Assembly (NCBI GenBank): GCA_016748015.1
Contig: JAAOMT010000436.1
Span: 2,063,071-2,127,070 of the forward strand
DNA: 64,000 nucleotides
Direction of reading: 5' to 3'
Source: Geosiphon pyriformis uo1
Taxonomy: Eukaryota > Fungi > Glomeromycota
Numbering within the stretch: position 1 is the first letter of the stretch; each line of letters begins with the position of its first letter. Shown here one piece after another: positions 23,867 through 37,600 of the stretch. The notes under the pieces were generated by a model. It worked only from the letters and a program-made list of their open reading frames with translations, did no database searches and had not been told where the DNA came from. The position numbers were made by a program, and so were the translations under genes.

Positions 23867-26800
23867 TTAAATTCCCAGTTCCTCCAATTGAACAACCTCC
23901 TCATTCCTGTTCATAAGACTTCTCACTCTGTCAAGATCCAATTCTGACCCGTCACTTTCGACTGCCTCAACCAATATTTCAACCAAATCATCAACTTCCT
24001 CTGGGCTTATTTGGCAACATGAGGCAATCATTCTTCTATACCTTTCTTCAGATTCTGATGTTTTTAAAGTGAGTTTCTCAATCTCTTCTTCTAATTCAAC
24101 CTCTTCTTTTGCATAGGCTGCTATCTGTGCTTGAAGTTGTTTGAATTCATTTGAAAGGGTATCAAATTCTGTGGCTGGAATTGAGGATTCAGTCATGGTT
24201 GCTCTTATTAGCCTGGGACCAACTGCGCCGTGGTTCATTACAGACTTTCTCCCTGATATTGATGGAAGCTGTAAGGATGTAGCCATCCCAGCTGAAGTCT
24301 TCATCGGAGCTGATAACGTGATTTCTGTTCTGGCAGGAACGGCTAACTCTAAGATGGAAGTGTCTACTAATCGTGGAGATTTTCTTACAAAGCCAGTTGA
24401 GGAGGAATTAATTAAATAGTTTGGATGAATCCCATTAGGGTTTTCAGGTCTTGGACGCTTGCGAGAATTATTTTCATTATTTTGTTCCTCTTGTAAAGCC
24501 TGTTCAAGATTTCTTACTGATTGCTCTGCCTCATCAAGTTCTTTTTCTTGCTGACGATAAAATTGTATCTTTCGTCCAGCCTCGTTCAAATGCCGATGTC
24601 GAACATTCAGTTGTCGGCGGGTATCAGCAATTAAATCTTCTTTTTGCTTGAGCTGATCGATGTAATCCTCTTCTGTGTCATCCACAATTTTTTGCAAAGC
24701 TAAAAACAATATTGATTAAATTCGAATATATGCCAGTCCAATATTTTATTCGTGATGGTTATTTCCTTCTTACCGGCTATTACCTCTCTACTTCGCTTTC
24801 GAGGGTGAGTCTCAGAATCAATTGTAGTCACAGAATAATTAAATGCTTCCTCATTGAGTTTGATTGAATTTTCCTATTCAACATAAAAATAATTAAATAA
24901 TGCAATAGAGAAATAATGATTAAAAATATAGGAATATTTATACTGACAGACATTGTACTAATATTCACGTCTTCAAACGGACCATAATCGTGTGCTTTTA
25001 AACCAATCCTATTCTCAATTGAGCAGTTAGCACCCATTTCTTCCAGTTGCTGAACTACTTTCAAATTCCCAGTTCTTGTAGCAAGGCTTAAAGCAGTATC
25101 ACCATTCTTATCCTGATAATTTAGAATCGACGAGAGGTTACCGTCAGCATTCTGAACTATCCATTGCACTAAGCAATCCATATAATACTCGGCGGCTGCT
25201 GCATGACCTTTAGTGCCTGATGTCATAGCAATATGATGAAATACAGTTCTATTATCATGATCCGTTAAAGTAATTGTTTCGTGAAGTAAATCAAGGATAA
25301 TAGGAAAGGTTTGGGAATCATAATTATTAGTTACTAAAACAGCTCTTATTAGCGCAGATTCTCCTTCAAAATTAGTCTGTTGGACATTTGCTCCTTTTGT
25401 CAATAATAATTCAAGCACTTGAGGTCTAGCCAATGCGGCAGCCCAATGAAGAGCAGTATGCCCTTGACTATCGATCACTAAATCAATTTCAAAATCGGAG
25501 GGGGCTTTTGGATTTGTAAGAAGATCTGGTACTTGATTTGGATCATCATGAAGAAATATTGCCATAAGTACATTGCGATGACGTTCTATTTTATTTTCGC
25601 TAATATCCATCGGTACTAATATTTGTTTCGACTGTTCAGAAGAAGCCCGATGAGGCTTTGATATGCTATTACCAGTTATTGGCCTTGGATGCGGCATAAG
25701 ATGTTTATGTACTTTTGATTGCTTTGGCATGTAGTGGTGATCCTTTGATTTTCTTTCTCTTGCCTCTCGTTCTTTTATTTCCCTTTCCCTGACTTCAGAT
25801 TGTTGAATTTCCCGTTCTTTTGCTTCGCGTTCTTGGACTTCTCGGCGCTTAGCCTCATGTTCCTTTATTTCTCGCTGTTTTTCTTCGCGTTCTCTAGCCT
25901 CTCGTTCCTTTTTTGGTCCCGCCTTGGCTGTAAGTTCCTTTTGTTCTCGTTCCCTTGCTTCACATTCCTTTTGTCCTCGTTCCTTGACTTCACATTCTCT
26001 AGTCTCTGGCTCTTTTTGTTCTTGCTCCTGAGATTCACGTTCATTCGTCTCTTGTTCTTTTTGTTCTCGCTCCTTAGTTTCACGTTCTCTCTGTTCTCTC
26101 TCCTTAAATTCGCGTTTTATAGTCTCTTGTTCTCTGGCAGCGCGTTTCTTAGCCTCCCGTTCTATGTCCTCTCTTTCTTTTTTTTCTCGATCCTCAGCTT
26201 CAAATTCTAGGTCATTAACCAATTGTTCTCGCAATGTTTTTCCCTTTTCTTGTTCTTGATACACCTGCTCTCTTTCCATTTGTTCTTTCATTGCTTGTCC
26301 TTTCGCAACTTGTTCCCTGATAGCTTGCGCTTTGGCTTCTATTTCAATGGCCTGCTCTTTAGTAGGGGTATAAGTTGTATAAGATGAAGTTAACCCATCA
26401 GGCCTTGGCGGTTTGTATTCAATTATCGGCCGTAAAATTTCCATTACTCCATATTGTTCGGCCAATTCCTTTCCTCTTTCATAAGGAACCCTGAATTTGA
26501 AAACACAATTTATTAAATTAGTAATTTTGAAATCGGTGGTAATGAATTTTTCATTAACCGAAACTCGTTGAAAAAATAAGATTTTAATCTCAATTATGAA
26601 TAAAAGTCAACGCGTTCTAACTGACCAAGTTCCCTGATATTTGCCATATCCACCTTGAACTTTTTCGTGTTCACCTGTTAGTACCTCTTTTTCAATTATT
26701 TTCGTTCGCTTTCCCTTTTCAAGTCCGGCAACCTTAAGTATCTGGGTAGCGTTCAAATATGAATCTGGACGTCGTCGCATCACAGCAACGTCACGCACAA

Positions 26801-27104
26801 TACATTCATAAACGGGCACTCCTGAATACACGGCACAATATATGGTACCTGGAGGAGCAACAGGAGACGTTGGTTGATTCGAACCACTGTTTGGAGGCAC
26901 TATTATAGATATTGGATTAAGTACTTTGCTACATTCATGGCCTGACGTGTCTGACAGAGAAGTTGACACGTCAGTCATTGATGCCGCGCCATTTTGTCCA
27001 GTTGTGGAATTTGAGCCAGAAATTAGTGCTAATTGTGCTTGAGAAACCATACCCAGCTGCTCCAAAGTGGCCATTGATGCTGAGGAACCGTTTGTAGTGT
27101 TCAT
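23867..27104 (-). CDS. APSES/KilA-N plus ankyrin G1/S transcription factor (Mbp1/Swi4/Res1-Res2 family); exons 27104-26626, 26490-24948, 24873-24774, 24699-23867
   Basis: [20 protein letters not shown]...[17 protein letters not shown]; ankyrin repeats [12 protein letters not shown] and GDTALSLA; C-terminal YRRMIASCC...LVEAVESD; GT-AG introns keep the frame. Confidence 0.93.
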
Positions 27105-27150
27105 AGGAGTTTCAACAAAACGAAGCCTAAATCTCTTGAAATCCAAAGCT

Positions 27151-27168
27151 TTAAAATAGGGTTGCCAT
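27151..27168 (-). promoter_or_regulatory. Short upstream ORF (MATLF*) ahead of the APSES gene
   Basis: ATG GCA ACC CTA TTT TAA ending 46 nt before the main ATG; inclusion in the mRNA is unknown. Confidence 0.35.
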
Positions 27169-30100
27169 ATTAATGTGGAAAGAGAATTTACAAAGAAACG
27201 TGTCTACGCATTTTCTGGCAATATCAGTTATTATACCCTTGAACATATTTTAATATTATCACGTGATAAAAGTGCACACCGCGCGCTAACGTGGTTCATT
27301 AAAATAATTGAATTTTGCATAAAAAAAATAATACTTAATTTTCAAATTTAAAAAAATAATAAAAACTCTTTTTTTCTTTTATTGTTATAATCACAACCAA
27401 AGCAAAGAGTAAAAGCAGTCAAACAACATTTTGTTAAAATGCTTTTCTTAAATATTACAAACATAAAAGTATTAACTATTAAACACTCTTTTGGCTTTAA
27501 TTAAAAGTTTTTTTTACCCAAAGTTTCTTTTAAGTAACCAATTAGAACCAGCTCTAGTGTTGCTATTATTTTTATAAAAAGTTTTTAGATTTTTAATTAC
27601 AAACTGATAATAAAACTACTTTTTTCTTTTTATTACTGCTTAAATAACCAAAAAAACCAACTTTTTTTTTCAAAAATACTGCCACCAATTTTTTTAAAAT
27701 AAATGTCTTTTTTAATGTTTTTTAAATTAAAATCATTTTTTTGGTTTTCTTCATATTTTTATTAATTTAATAATACTGATATTAATTATAATGTTTGATT
27801 TTATTTTAGTTATAAACAATAATTCTTTGTTTATTTTAAATAATAATAATATATTTTAGTTAATTGTTAATCATATTATTTAATATAATAAATTTTAATT
27901 AATTATTACTGGTTTTAAAAGTAAAACAAATTAAATTTTTATATTATTATAGATATTTTTTAAAATAAGTTTCTGTAATTTGGTATTATTATATAAATAA
28001 TATATTTGAAAATTTTTTGGTTAAGTTTTTTGTATAAAAAACAAAAATCAAGTTGTAATATTGTTTTTAATAAACATATATTTAATCTGCTTTGTTTTTT
28101 TAACAAAGTTTTTTTAATGTTTAATTGTTTTTTTAATAAGTTATTAAATTTTAATATGTTGATTTTATGCTTATAATATATATTTTTATTAGATTATTTA
28201 TAATATTATATTTTTATTACTATTTTATTTTAACAAATTAATTTAACAATAAAATAAAAAAATAAAAATTAATATTTTATTAATAATTATAATTAAAAAT
28301 TATTAATTTAAGTTATTAAATTTTTTTAATAAATTATTAAATATAACATAATTTTTTTAAATATTTATTTTAAGCTATTTAATATATTAATAATATATTA
28401 ATAAAAAGTGTTTTTTTTATAAATTTGCTAAAATAATTTACTATTATTAAATTATTAAATTTTTTTTTACTTTTTTTTCATATTATTTTAATAAAAAAAT
28501 TTTTTAAAAAAAATATTTAAGTGTTTTTATATAAAATTTTTATATTATTTATGATTATATTTAAATTTAGCTTAATATATTTTTTTTATTAATGTTTTAT
28601 GAGTGAGACCCAAATACTATTTAGCACAATACATTAAATTAAGTAATCTAAATTAGACACAAATCATGTACTTTCTACATATGACTAGTCACTCAGACCA
28701 ATCAGAGCAATACTACAAATCTATTTTAACTAACACTATACTATTAACACCAGAAAAAAAACTACAGAGTTTATGAAAACCAAAACAAACACCAAAAATC
28801 TCCATTATCTCAAGTAACTTAATAATCTTAATAGAAAGTAAGAATAACAGACCATAAACTATAGAAAATATTAAGCCATCACACATAATTAATCTTTTTT
28901 TTTCCATAAACACTCTATATTTAGCTCTAATCAATTATATATTAATATAGTAAGTAGTTTTTATGCTCTAAACAAAATCAATAATACCTTTAATAACTGA
29001 TTCTATATTATTAAAAAAGGTCATTACTTCTAAAAACCAATCTTTAAACAAAAAGCTCTTACACAAAATAGTATACAAATTGTTATTAAAAGTATACAAA
29101 GAGATTATCTGTAAGACCTGAGACAATAATAGACTTAAATCTAATATGACATACCACTAATCTAAATAAAATACAAACAAATAACCACAAATTGCAGAGT
29201 TCATCAGGCACACAAAAAAATGATTAGAACTTTCTACATTTTTACAATAAAAACACAACACACTTAGATATTTTTTGTTATACAAACATTTTTGTATAGC
29301 AACTAGTAAATAATAGTACATAGTTTTTATAAAATATAAACATAAATCAGCCATAGACTTATTGATAAATTCAGCCATTATGTGGGAGTCAGGATGCCAA
29401 ACAGAAGCAATATGAACCCAATCTATATTACCAATAAAGTTTGCATCAATAATACCAGAACCAGGTTTAATCTCCTAACATACACAATGAACAGTTTTAT
29501 AAACACTCTAAGTAAAATGGCAAACATTACCAGACACTATTGTCTTATCAGTTCTAATAAACCTATTACTAATCAGAATAAAAAGCACCAAACCTAAACC
29601 AACAGTCAAGTTAGCTAGCTTATTAACATACTTATTGTCTAGGACACCAGAATGTTCTTTAACTTTGCACCAAAAAACATTAAGCCTCTTATTCCTAATA
29701 GATATTACAACTCTCTATTGTTTCATTCAACACCAATTACAATAGTTAAATAGAGCCATAATTAACTCAGCAGCACAAACATCTAGGGCAGCTTGACTGT
29801 TTGAATACATTATAACTAAGCTGCTGAAAGGAACACACTCCAGAGCCAGAATAATCATCTGCAATTCTACTAATGTAGATAATACCAATCTATTAACTCT
29901 AACATCCAAATCCAAATCAAAAAAATATGCTGCTGCTCCACATCTTATTTTACATGTGTTCAAATTCCTTAAAGATCCATCTGTATAAACATTAATAACA
30001 TTTAAACCAGAGGCAACAAGACTTTTTTTTATCTTAAAAATACCACCAAAACCATATATAGACAAGGAATAAAAGGGAACAATAGACAACTTAGTAGAAA

Positions 30101-31547
30101 AAAAGACTGACTCAAAAAATCATACACTAGACTAAACCAGCCAGAAATCAGACCCTTCAGATTAAGTCTCTTTCAACAGCAAAACTTTCTCTAATTGAAA
30201 ATCAAATCCTTTTTGTCATATAACTGATCAACAAAAGTAACTTTAAACCTTTTAAATGAATGTGAAACATTAAAAAATATTGAATCCTTTAAAACAAAAG
30301 ACATTAGAATGCCACCAGAAAAATAGAAGACAGACAAAACAAAATTGTCTAAGAACATATCACAATCCAAAAAATCCAAACCATACTAGCTAAAAAATTA
30401 TTAACTAGACTGATCTGTAATTTTATACATTGATGTAGCAGATAAACAGAAAACCAACTTATAATTTACAGGTCTAAAGACTTATGATCAAACAATCTAC
30501 CAAGAATTCTACTAGTATTTGAAAAATTTAATACAGAAGTTACCTTGTACTTGGCCTGTAATTATTTAAAAGACTTCAAACCATACAACAAAAAATAGTA
30601 AAGAGCTTCATTAGGAAAATCTCTTGACAAGCCAGCTTTCATCTTTAAACTCTTTCTAACCATCATATTTTATTTAATATACATACTCTTAGAAATGAAA
30701 CTAAACTGAATTTTGTAACTGATTATAGATTGAAGCACAGCTGAGACCAAATAAAGAAACTGCTTGTCTAAAATTGCTTTTTTTAAAACCAAATTGAAAA
30801 AAAATCTGACATTTGAATAAGCCTTAGCTATGCTTAGTTTGAACATACTCTCAGATAATAAAAAAATACTAAGATACTTATAAGACTCTTCTTTCTGGAC
30901 AACTAAAATTGGCAAACCACTAATTGACAACAAAATATCTTTAACTCTTTGGTTAATAGAGATGGCAACTGTCTTTTTATTATTGATTAAGATGTCATTA
31001 ATCTTAAAAAAACTACTAACAATGTCCAAAATGTACTGAGTGGCTGTTTGGCTGTTTTTAATTTAAATTGTGTTATCAACAAAAGTGCTAGCCACAAAAA
31101 AGAAAGTCATTTTACTTTAACTTTCCAATTTGCTAGTCTTAGCAATGAACTTAGTATCAATATGATAACTACATAAACTTTTCTGCTGTTTGACTTCACA
31201 CAATAGAGAGTTATAAAATATTCTCCAAAGCAAAGAAAAAAAAACCTCTTTCTGGTTCAGGCCATTATACACTCAGTACTTATTTGTTAAACCAAAATCA
31301 GTTATAACCTGATTGACTCTATTACCATAAATGTTACCAAAAAAATGAATAAACTGCTTACACATCTTAATATAAACCAAACTATTTCTTAGATGAAGCC
31401 AATCTACAGAATCATAAGCTTTTCTTATATCTTGTAAAACCAGCCAAAGTTTATAGTCTTTCTCCAAAGCATCTTTAATCACTAAACCAACAGCAAAAAT
31501 GAGAAACTAAATAGTTGTTTTTTTTAGCACAAAAAAATTGTTACCAT

Positions 31548-32520
31548 TATTACAGGTGATTCTTTGGGGTGTTGAGTGAATAACAAACCCATAACTTGGT
31601 ACACAAGTAATTGGTGACAATGATAATCTAAAAATATTTTATCTAAAGGTTTTCCAATTGAGTTCTTTGTATAATAGACAGAAATTTAATGATAATAGTT
31701 TATTAGTAGTTTTCTGAAACCATAGTTTTGTCAATTGCTTGCTTAGCTTAATGGTTGATGATTCTCTTAGTATGATATCCTCCATAAGTGTATACCAGTG
31801 CTGTTTTCTGACATCAATTCCTCTATAAGTCCTCTAAGAGTAAGTATTATTTAAGCAAGTTTATTCTTTCGTAAGTCCTCCAAGAGTAAGTATTGTTAAG
31901 TAAGTTTTATTCCTTCATAAGTCTTCCAAGAGTAAGTATTATTAAGTAAGTTTTATTCCTCTGTAAGTCCTCCAAGAGTAAATTTTTTAATCAAGTTAGT
32001 AGACAACAAAGAAAATAAAGAAAAGATAAAAGAGAAAATAAAAAATAAGCCAAGACAATTTGCAAGTTAGTATCTTGTCAATAGCCATGATCAAGAGCTA
32101 TTGTTCTAGTATGGTTAAGTATCCATTACTATCAACATGAAGTGTTAATAGTGAAGAATAAATTTAATATAGTGAAATAAATATTTATTTGAGGATTGTG
32201 GTAACTAAGCTAAGAATTCTTGGTGTCAATTCTGTCTTTTCTGCTTCTAATGCTACTGCTATATATACATATTTGAGATTCCTCAATTTTTTAATTCCTT
32301 GCGACAGGAATCCTGGGATTTTTGGAATCCTGTGATTTTTGATGAGAGGAATCCTGGAATTCTGGAATCTTGCGATTCCTCACTGGAGAATCCTAAAATT
32401 CCTGGAATCCTGCAATTCCTCTGAGAGGAATCCTGGAATTCTACATTTACTACGTCTACTTCTGATTGGCTAATCTCTATTTGCTAATAATAATATACTT
32501 CCTCTATTCTATGAGTAACA
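31548..32520 (-). repeat. 3' LTR of element C
   Basis: Repeat of 40975..41931; termini t(a)ttac...gtaaca. Confidence 0.95.
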
Positions 32521-32533
32521 TTATTCCCTCCTT

Positions 32534-33191
32534 TTAATATTGAGCTCCATCAAAATCTAACTCTTTTAATTCCCCCTCTTGAATTATTTCTTGAACTTCT
32601 TTTTTGAGTATTATTTGTGTTATTTGAGTTTGTAGTTTTTCAAATTGGGCATTGGTCATTTCCCCAATTGATTACTCATATTGTATCCATTGTTGTGTTG
32701 AATAAGATTTTTGGTTGGTCTTGAAATCCCATATATAGCCGGTAAATGGCTCGAGCTTGTGTGATTAGATTGTTCTTTTCCATAAATTGTTCCAGTTGTC
32801 TCAGTATTGTTGTATCAAATAACCATTTTGTTTTGTCAGTATACAAATTCTGGATATTTATGTGTTGTTCCAAGTGAAAATGATAATAGTTTTTCAGAAA
32901 TTGTTGCATCCACCAAGTCCAAGTTTTTCCAGTAAGTTCTTGGTATAATCTGACTATTTGTTGTTCTTTCATGGCCAATTTTACCTTGGTCATAATCTTG
33001 TCAACAACATTTTTGAGTTTTCTCTGTACTTTGTGTTGTGATATCCTTGCAGTACTTTTGTATCGAATGGTTTGTTGATTGATTGTAATTTTCATCTCCT
33101 GGTGTTGGATTAATTGAAAGATTTGTTGTGCTAATGAATAGATGTTGTCAGTAATTTCTATTTTTCTGTGTTTTTCTATCACATCGATCAT
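32534..33191 (-). pseudogene. ORF3 of element C (unknown), open for 171 codons, then a 1-nt frameshift
   Basis: ORF 32676..33191; homology to A and B continues to the TAA at the PPT. Confidence 0.82.
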
Positions 33192-33215
33192 GTCTTTATA
33201 TATTTTTTCTGTTGA

Positions 33216-34598
33216 TCAATTGGATGTGTTGTTATCAATGATGATAATTGGTTCCAGATCTTGTGGAATTTCATCTGGTTGGACTAGTATTCTCTGTACT
33301 CCCAGTTGTGAAATATTATTGGTGAATGATGATGCTATATGGTGGTATGGTTTCAGTCGATCTCCATGTGCTGCTTTGGTCAAAATTTTGTTATTCAATC
33401 TTAATTTGTAAGCTCCATTTCCTAGAATTTCTTCTATGTAAAATGATCCGTTCTATTTGGGGTCAAATTTTCCACTTCATTGTTTTTCTGCTTTGGTATG
33501 ATGTTGTAGTACTTTGTTTTCAATCTTGAATTTAATTGGTTTATCTGATAGTTGGTTATCATGTCTTTTTTTTTGTTTCTCTTGTGATCTTTGTATATTA
33601 TCAGCTGCTCTTCGTTGTTTGTTTTTTAATGTTTCTATTAAGTCATATATTCTTTTCAACAATATGTTTTTGAAATTCTTTTCTGTTATTGGTTCAATTG
33701 GATATATGCTGACTTCTATTTCCACTGGTAGTGTTGCTGTTCTATCATATACTAATTCAAATGGTGTTGCTTGTATAGTATCTTGCTTCATTGTTCGATA
33801 AACAAATAGTACTGATGGTATCAACAAATCCCAATCATTCTGGTTTTCTTGGCTGAGCTTAGCTATTGCTTCACACAATGTTCTGTTGAATCTTTTGACT
33901 AATCTGTTGGTTTGTGGATGGTATAGTGATGATAATGGTCTCTTAATTCCGAATCTTTGGCTCAATTCTGTTAATGTTCTGTTCACAAAATGAGTTCCTT
34001 GGTCTGATAATAATTCTTTTGGACATCTATGTTGACAAATCAAATCCTGATGAACAAATTCGGCAACAAATTTTGCATCTGCTCTTTGAATTGCCTTTGC
34101 TTTTGGCCATTTAGTGAGATAATCCATAACTACTGCAATATATCTGTTGCTTCTGCTGGTTATTATTAATGGTCTGACTAAGTCAATTCCAATGTGATCA
34201 AATGATTGTCCCACTTTGATTGGTCTTAATGGTTCACTGGATTTTGTTCCTCCTCTTCTTTGACAAGCATCACAATTTTCAACATATTGGATGATGTCTG
34301 GATATATTGATTGTCAATAGTATCTTTTTCTGGTTCTTTTCATGGTTGCTTCTTTGTAAAAGTGTTCTGCTGTTGGATTTAAGTGCATGTTGAATAATAT
34401 TGTCTCTTTTTCTGGCTCTGTAATTACTCTGGTTGGTTGATCTAGATCTCTTCTATTTTTCTGATAAAGTATATTTTGGTGAGTGATAAAATATTTTGAT
34501 TGTTGTTTGATACTTTTTTGTTCCGTTTGAGATAAATTCTCCCTGAACTGTTGAGTATTTATATAATGTTGAAGTTGTTAATATTTTTGTATGTTTAT
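33216..34598 (-). pseudogene. Integrase ORF of element C
   Basis: ORFs 33477..34214 and 33216..33398; the position of B's ATG is ATA at 34598, in frame with 33477..34214. Confidence 0.87.
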
Positions 34599-34660
34599 CT
34601 TTTGTTATATTTTTGTTGGTATTGTTCTGGTTTTGTTATATTTTTGGGTTTGAGATGTTC

Positions 34661-37600
34661 TTAGATTTGTCTTATTCATGACAAACTGTCGGCATTTCCA
34701 TTGTCTTTTCCTTTTTTATAGTGTATAGTATAAGTATATTGTGAGAGTACCATTTTCCATCTGAATTGGCAGCTGTTATCAAATTCTTGCTTTTGAAGTG
34801 ATGTTAACCCTTTATGATCCATGTATATATCAAACTTTTGGTTCAAGTATTTATTCTACTTTATGACTGCCCAATAGATTGCTAAATGTTCTAGTTCTGG
34901 TGTTCTATAGTTCTTTTTGGCTGGTATTAGACCTTGGCTGGCATATGCTACTGGATGTTCTCTGTCATCTGGTTCTTTCTGAGATAGTACTGCTCTCAAT
35001 GCTTGGCTTAATGCATTGGTGGTAATGATGAATATTTTGTTGTGAATTGAGTAGATCAGTACTGGAGCTTAAATGAGCTTTTTTTTCAGAATATTAAAAG
35101 CTTCTTGTTGACTTTCTATCCATTCATATTTTGTATTCTTGGTTTGCAAATTATTAAGCAGTTGAGCTATCTTTGAAAAGTTCTTTATAAAGTGTTAATA
35201 ATAGCTTGCAAATCTCAAGAATGATTTCAATTCAGTCATATTGGTTGGTACTGGAAAGTTCTTTACTATTTCTATTTTCTCTGGATCTGTTTTGATGCCA
35301 TTTTTGCTGACTATGTGTTTCAAGAATTTTAGTTCTGTCTTGCCAAAGAAGCACTTTGTTGCATTTAACTTTAATCCTGCTCTTTTTAGTCTTTCGAACA
35401 CTTATTGAAGATGATAAAGATGATCATCAAATGTTTTTGAGAATACATTGGTGTTGTCTAAGTATACAACTACTAATTTCCACAATAAGTCAGTATAAAT
35501 GATTTCCATTAGCCATTGGAAAGTGGCTGGGGCATTGGTTAAGCCGAAAGGCATTACTTCAAATTTGAAATTCTCTTTTCTAGTGGTAAATGCTGTTTTC
35601 TCTTTGTTGGCTGGATCCATGGCTACTTGTCAGTAACCACTGTTTAAGTCTAATGTTGAGAACTATTTGTTTCCGTTAAAAATGTTGAATAATTTTTGTA
35701 TTCTTAGAGTTGGATAGCTGTCTCCACAAGTTACACTATTGAGTTTCCTGTAGTCCACACAAAATCAGATTTTTTCATTCTTCTTTTGGATGAGTACCAC
35801 AGGTAATGACCATGGGCTCATTGATAGTTGAATTAGTCTGTTGTTAAACATTTGGTTTATCTCTTGACAAATGATCTCATGGCTAGCTGGTGGTACTCTG
35901 TATGCTCTTTGTTTAATTGGCATTGTATCTCCAGTTTTGATCTGATGCTGGATAATATCAATTTGGCCAAACTTATTTTCACTAACAAAGATATCATTGA
36001 AATTGTTGAGCAATATCTTGAGCTGCATACATTGAAGTGAATCTAAGTTTCCTATGTTCATTTGTTCTAATTGCTCTAGTTAGAGCAAATAACATTTGCT
36101 TCATCCATATATTGTTTGTGATGTGATATCAACATATTCACAAAGCTGTGGAAAGTCTGGAATAGTGCTTGGTAGTTGATCCTCTATTTTAGTACTTAAG
36201 TATCCAATAGTGGTTCCAGCTGATATTACTATGACATTTTCTGTGTTATTGTAGATGGGAATTTTGATGTGGCTGTAATCTTTGGCTGGTATATGGAGAT
36301 TGATGAGTCCAATCTCTCCTAATTTACAAAGGGTTGTTTCTGCTTCAAAAATCTGATTCTGTTCTTTTACTTCCCACTTTATCCCTACTATGTACTGGCC
36401 ATATGGTGGAATGGAAATTGCTTGATCTATTGAGATAATTTCTCTTTGGTCAACAATTTCTTCTTTTGTCATATTGACTAGTACATTTATTTTACCCGTT
36501 GATCCAAATCCCTGTATTCTTTTTGCTGTTATCCCTAATTTCTCCCTATTTCCCACTAATACTAACTAAGCTATTTTCACCAGAGGCAGGAATATTGCCT
36601 GTGCTATTTTTTTGTTTGGCTCTATGATATAGGCTTTTTTAAAGTCATTTTGTAGCATAGCAATAATATTTCTTATATATTCTGTGTCAATTATTCCTCT
36701 TCTTATATTAATCTCTCTTTTCACTAAACTACTCCTAAATACTAGTTGAACTATTGTTGTTGCTGGAATTTTTAGTGTTATTTTCAAATCAATACAGATG
36801 CATAAATGTGGTTCCAATTTGATGGCATTTTTTCTTAGATACCTCAGATCAAATTCAGCATCAGTATTGTGTGCATGTTCTGGCATGATACCTTTATTAT
36901 TGTCACTATATCATTTTAACTCCTGTTCTTTGGAGAAGTCTGGCAGTGCAATGTATTGTTCATATTTTGGGTTAGAGTTTGAATCTGAGTTGGAATCGTT
37001 ATTGTTGTTATCACCAATTTGAACGGAGCTGGAACCAGTGTTTTCGTTGTCGTTGTTGTCAAAGTTTGAATTGGGATTGAATAGTGATTCTAATTCCAAT
37101 ATGCAGCTGCTGATTGGTTCCTCTTCCTCTGGGATTGTGTAGATCATGCGGATTGGTGGATTGTAAATGAGGTCACACTCATTACAATATTGAAAGTTAC
37201 ATGGAATCAAACAGTGGTCACATAATCAAGTGTTTAACTGTGCTAACCACTCTTCCTGTTCCTCTCTGATCAGTGCTAAATTTTGATAATGTTTGCAAAA
37301 GTTTTCTGAGTTGGTCTCAATATCAAAGAAAGTGTCTGGGTTTGGGACTAGGATAATGTTGACTGGTTCTGGAAGATTGTTCTTGATTTCCAAGATTTTG
37401 CTGGACATGGCGCCTTCTACTTTGGTGTTTATCATTTGCCAGATCTTATCTTTATCGTGTGAGTATTTGTCCAGATGAGAGATTGCTTGGTGCCAAGCAG
37501 CAGTTATTGGCATGCCACGACTCACCCAGTCATTGATGAGGATTGTGTACTGGCATGAAGCATTGCACATTTCTCTTCAACCAGGAATGTCATTCCACAT

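Noticed and set aside
25800-26210. Hydrophobic F/L/S-rich plus-strand ORF resembling a membrane protein
   Set aside because: Antisense shadow of the E/R/K repeat of the APSES gene
27105-27146. N-terminal extension MDFKRF... given by the ORF track
   Set aside because: Relies on a TTG start; the first in-frame ATG is at 27104
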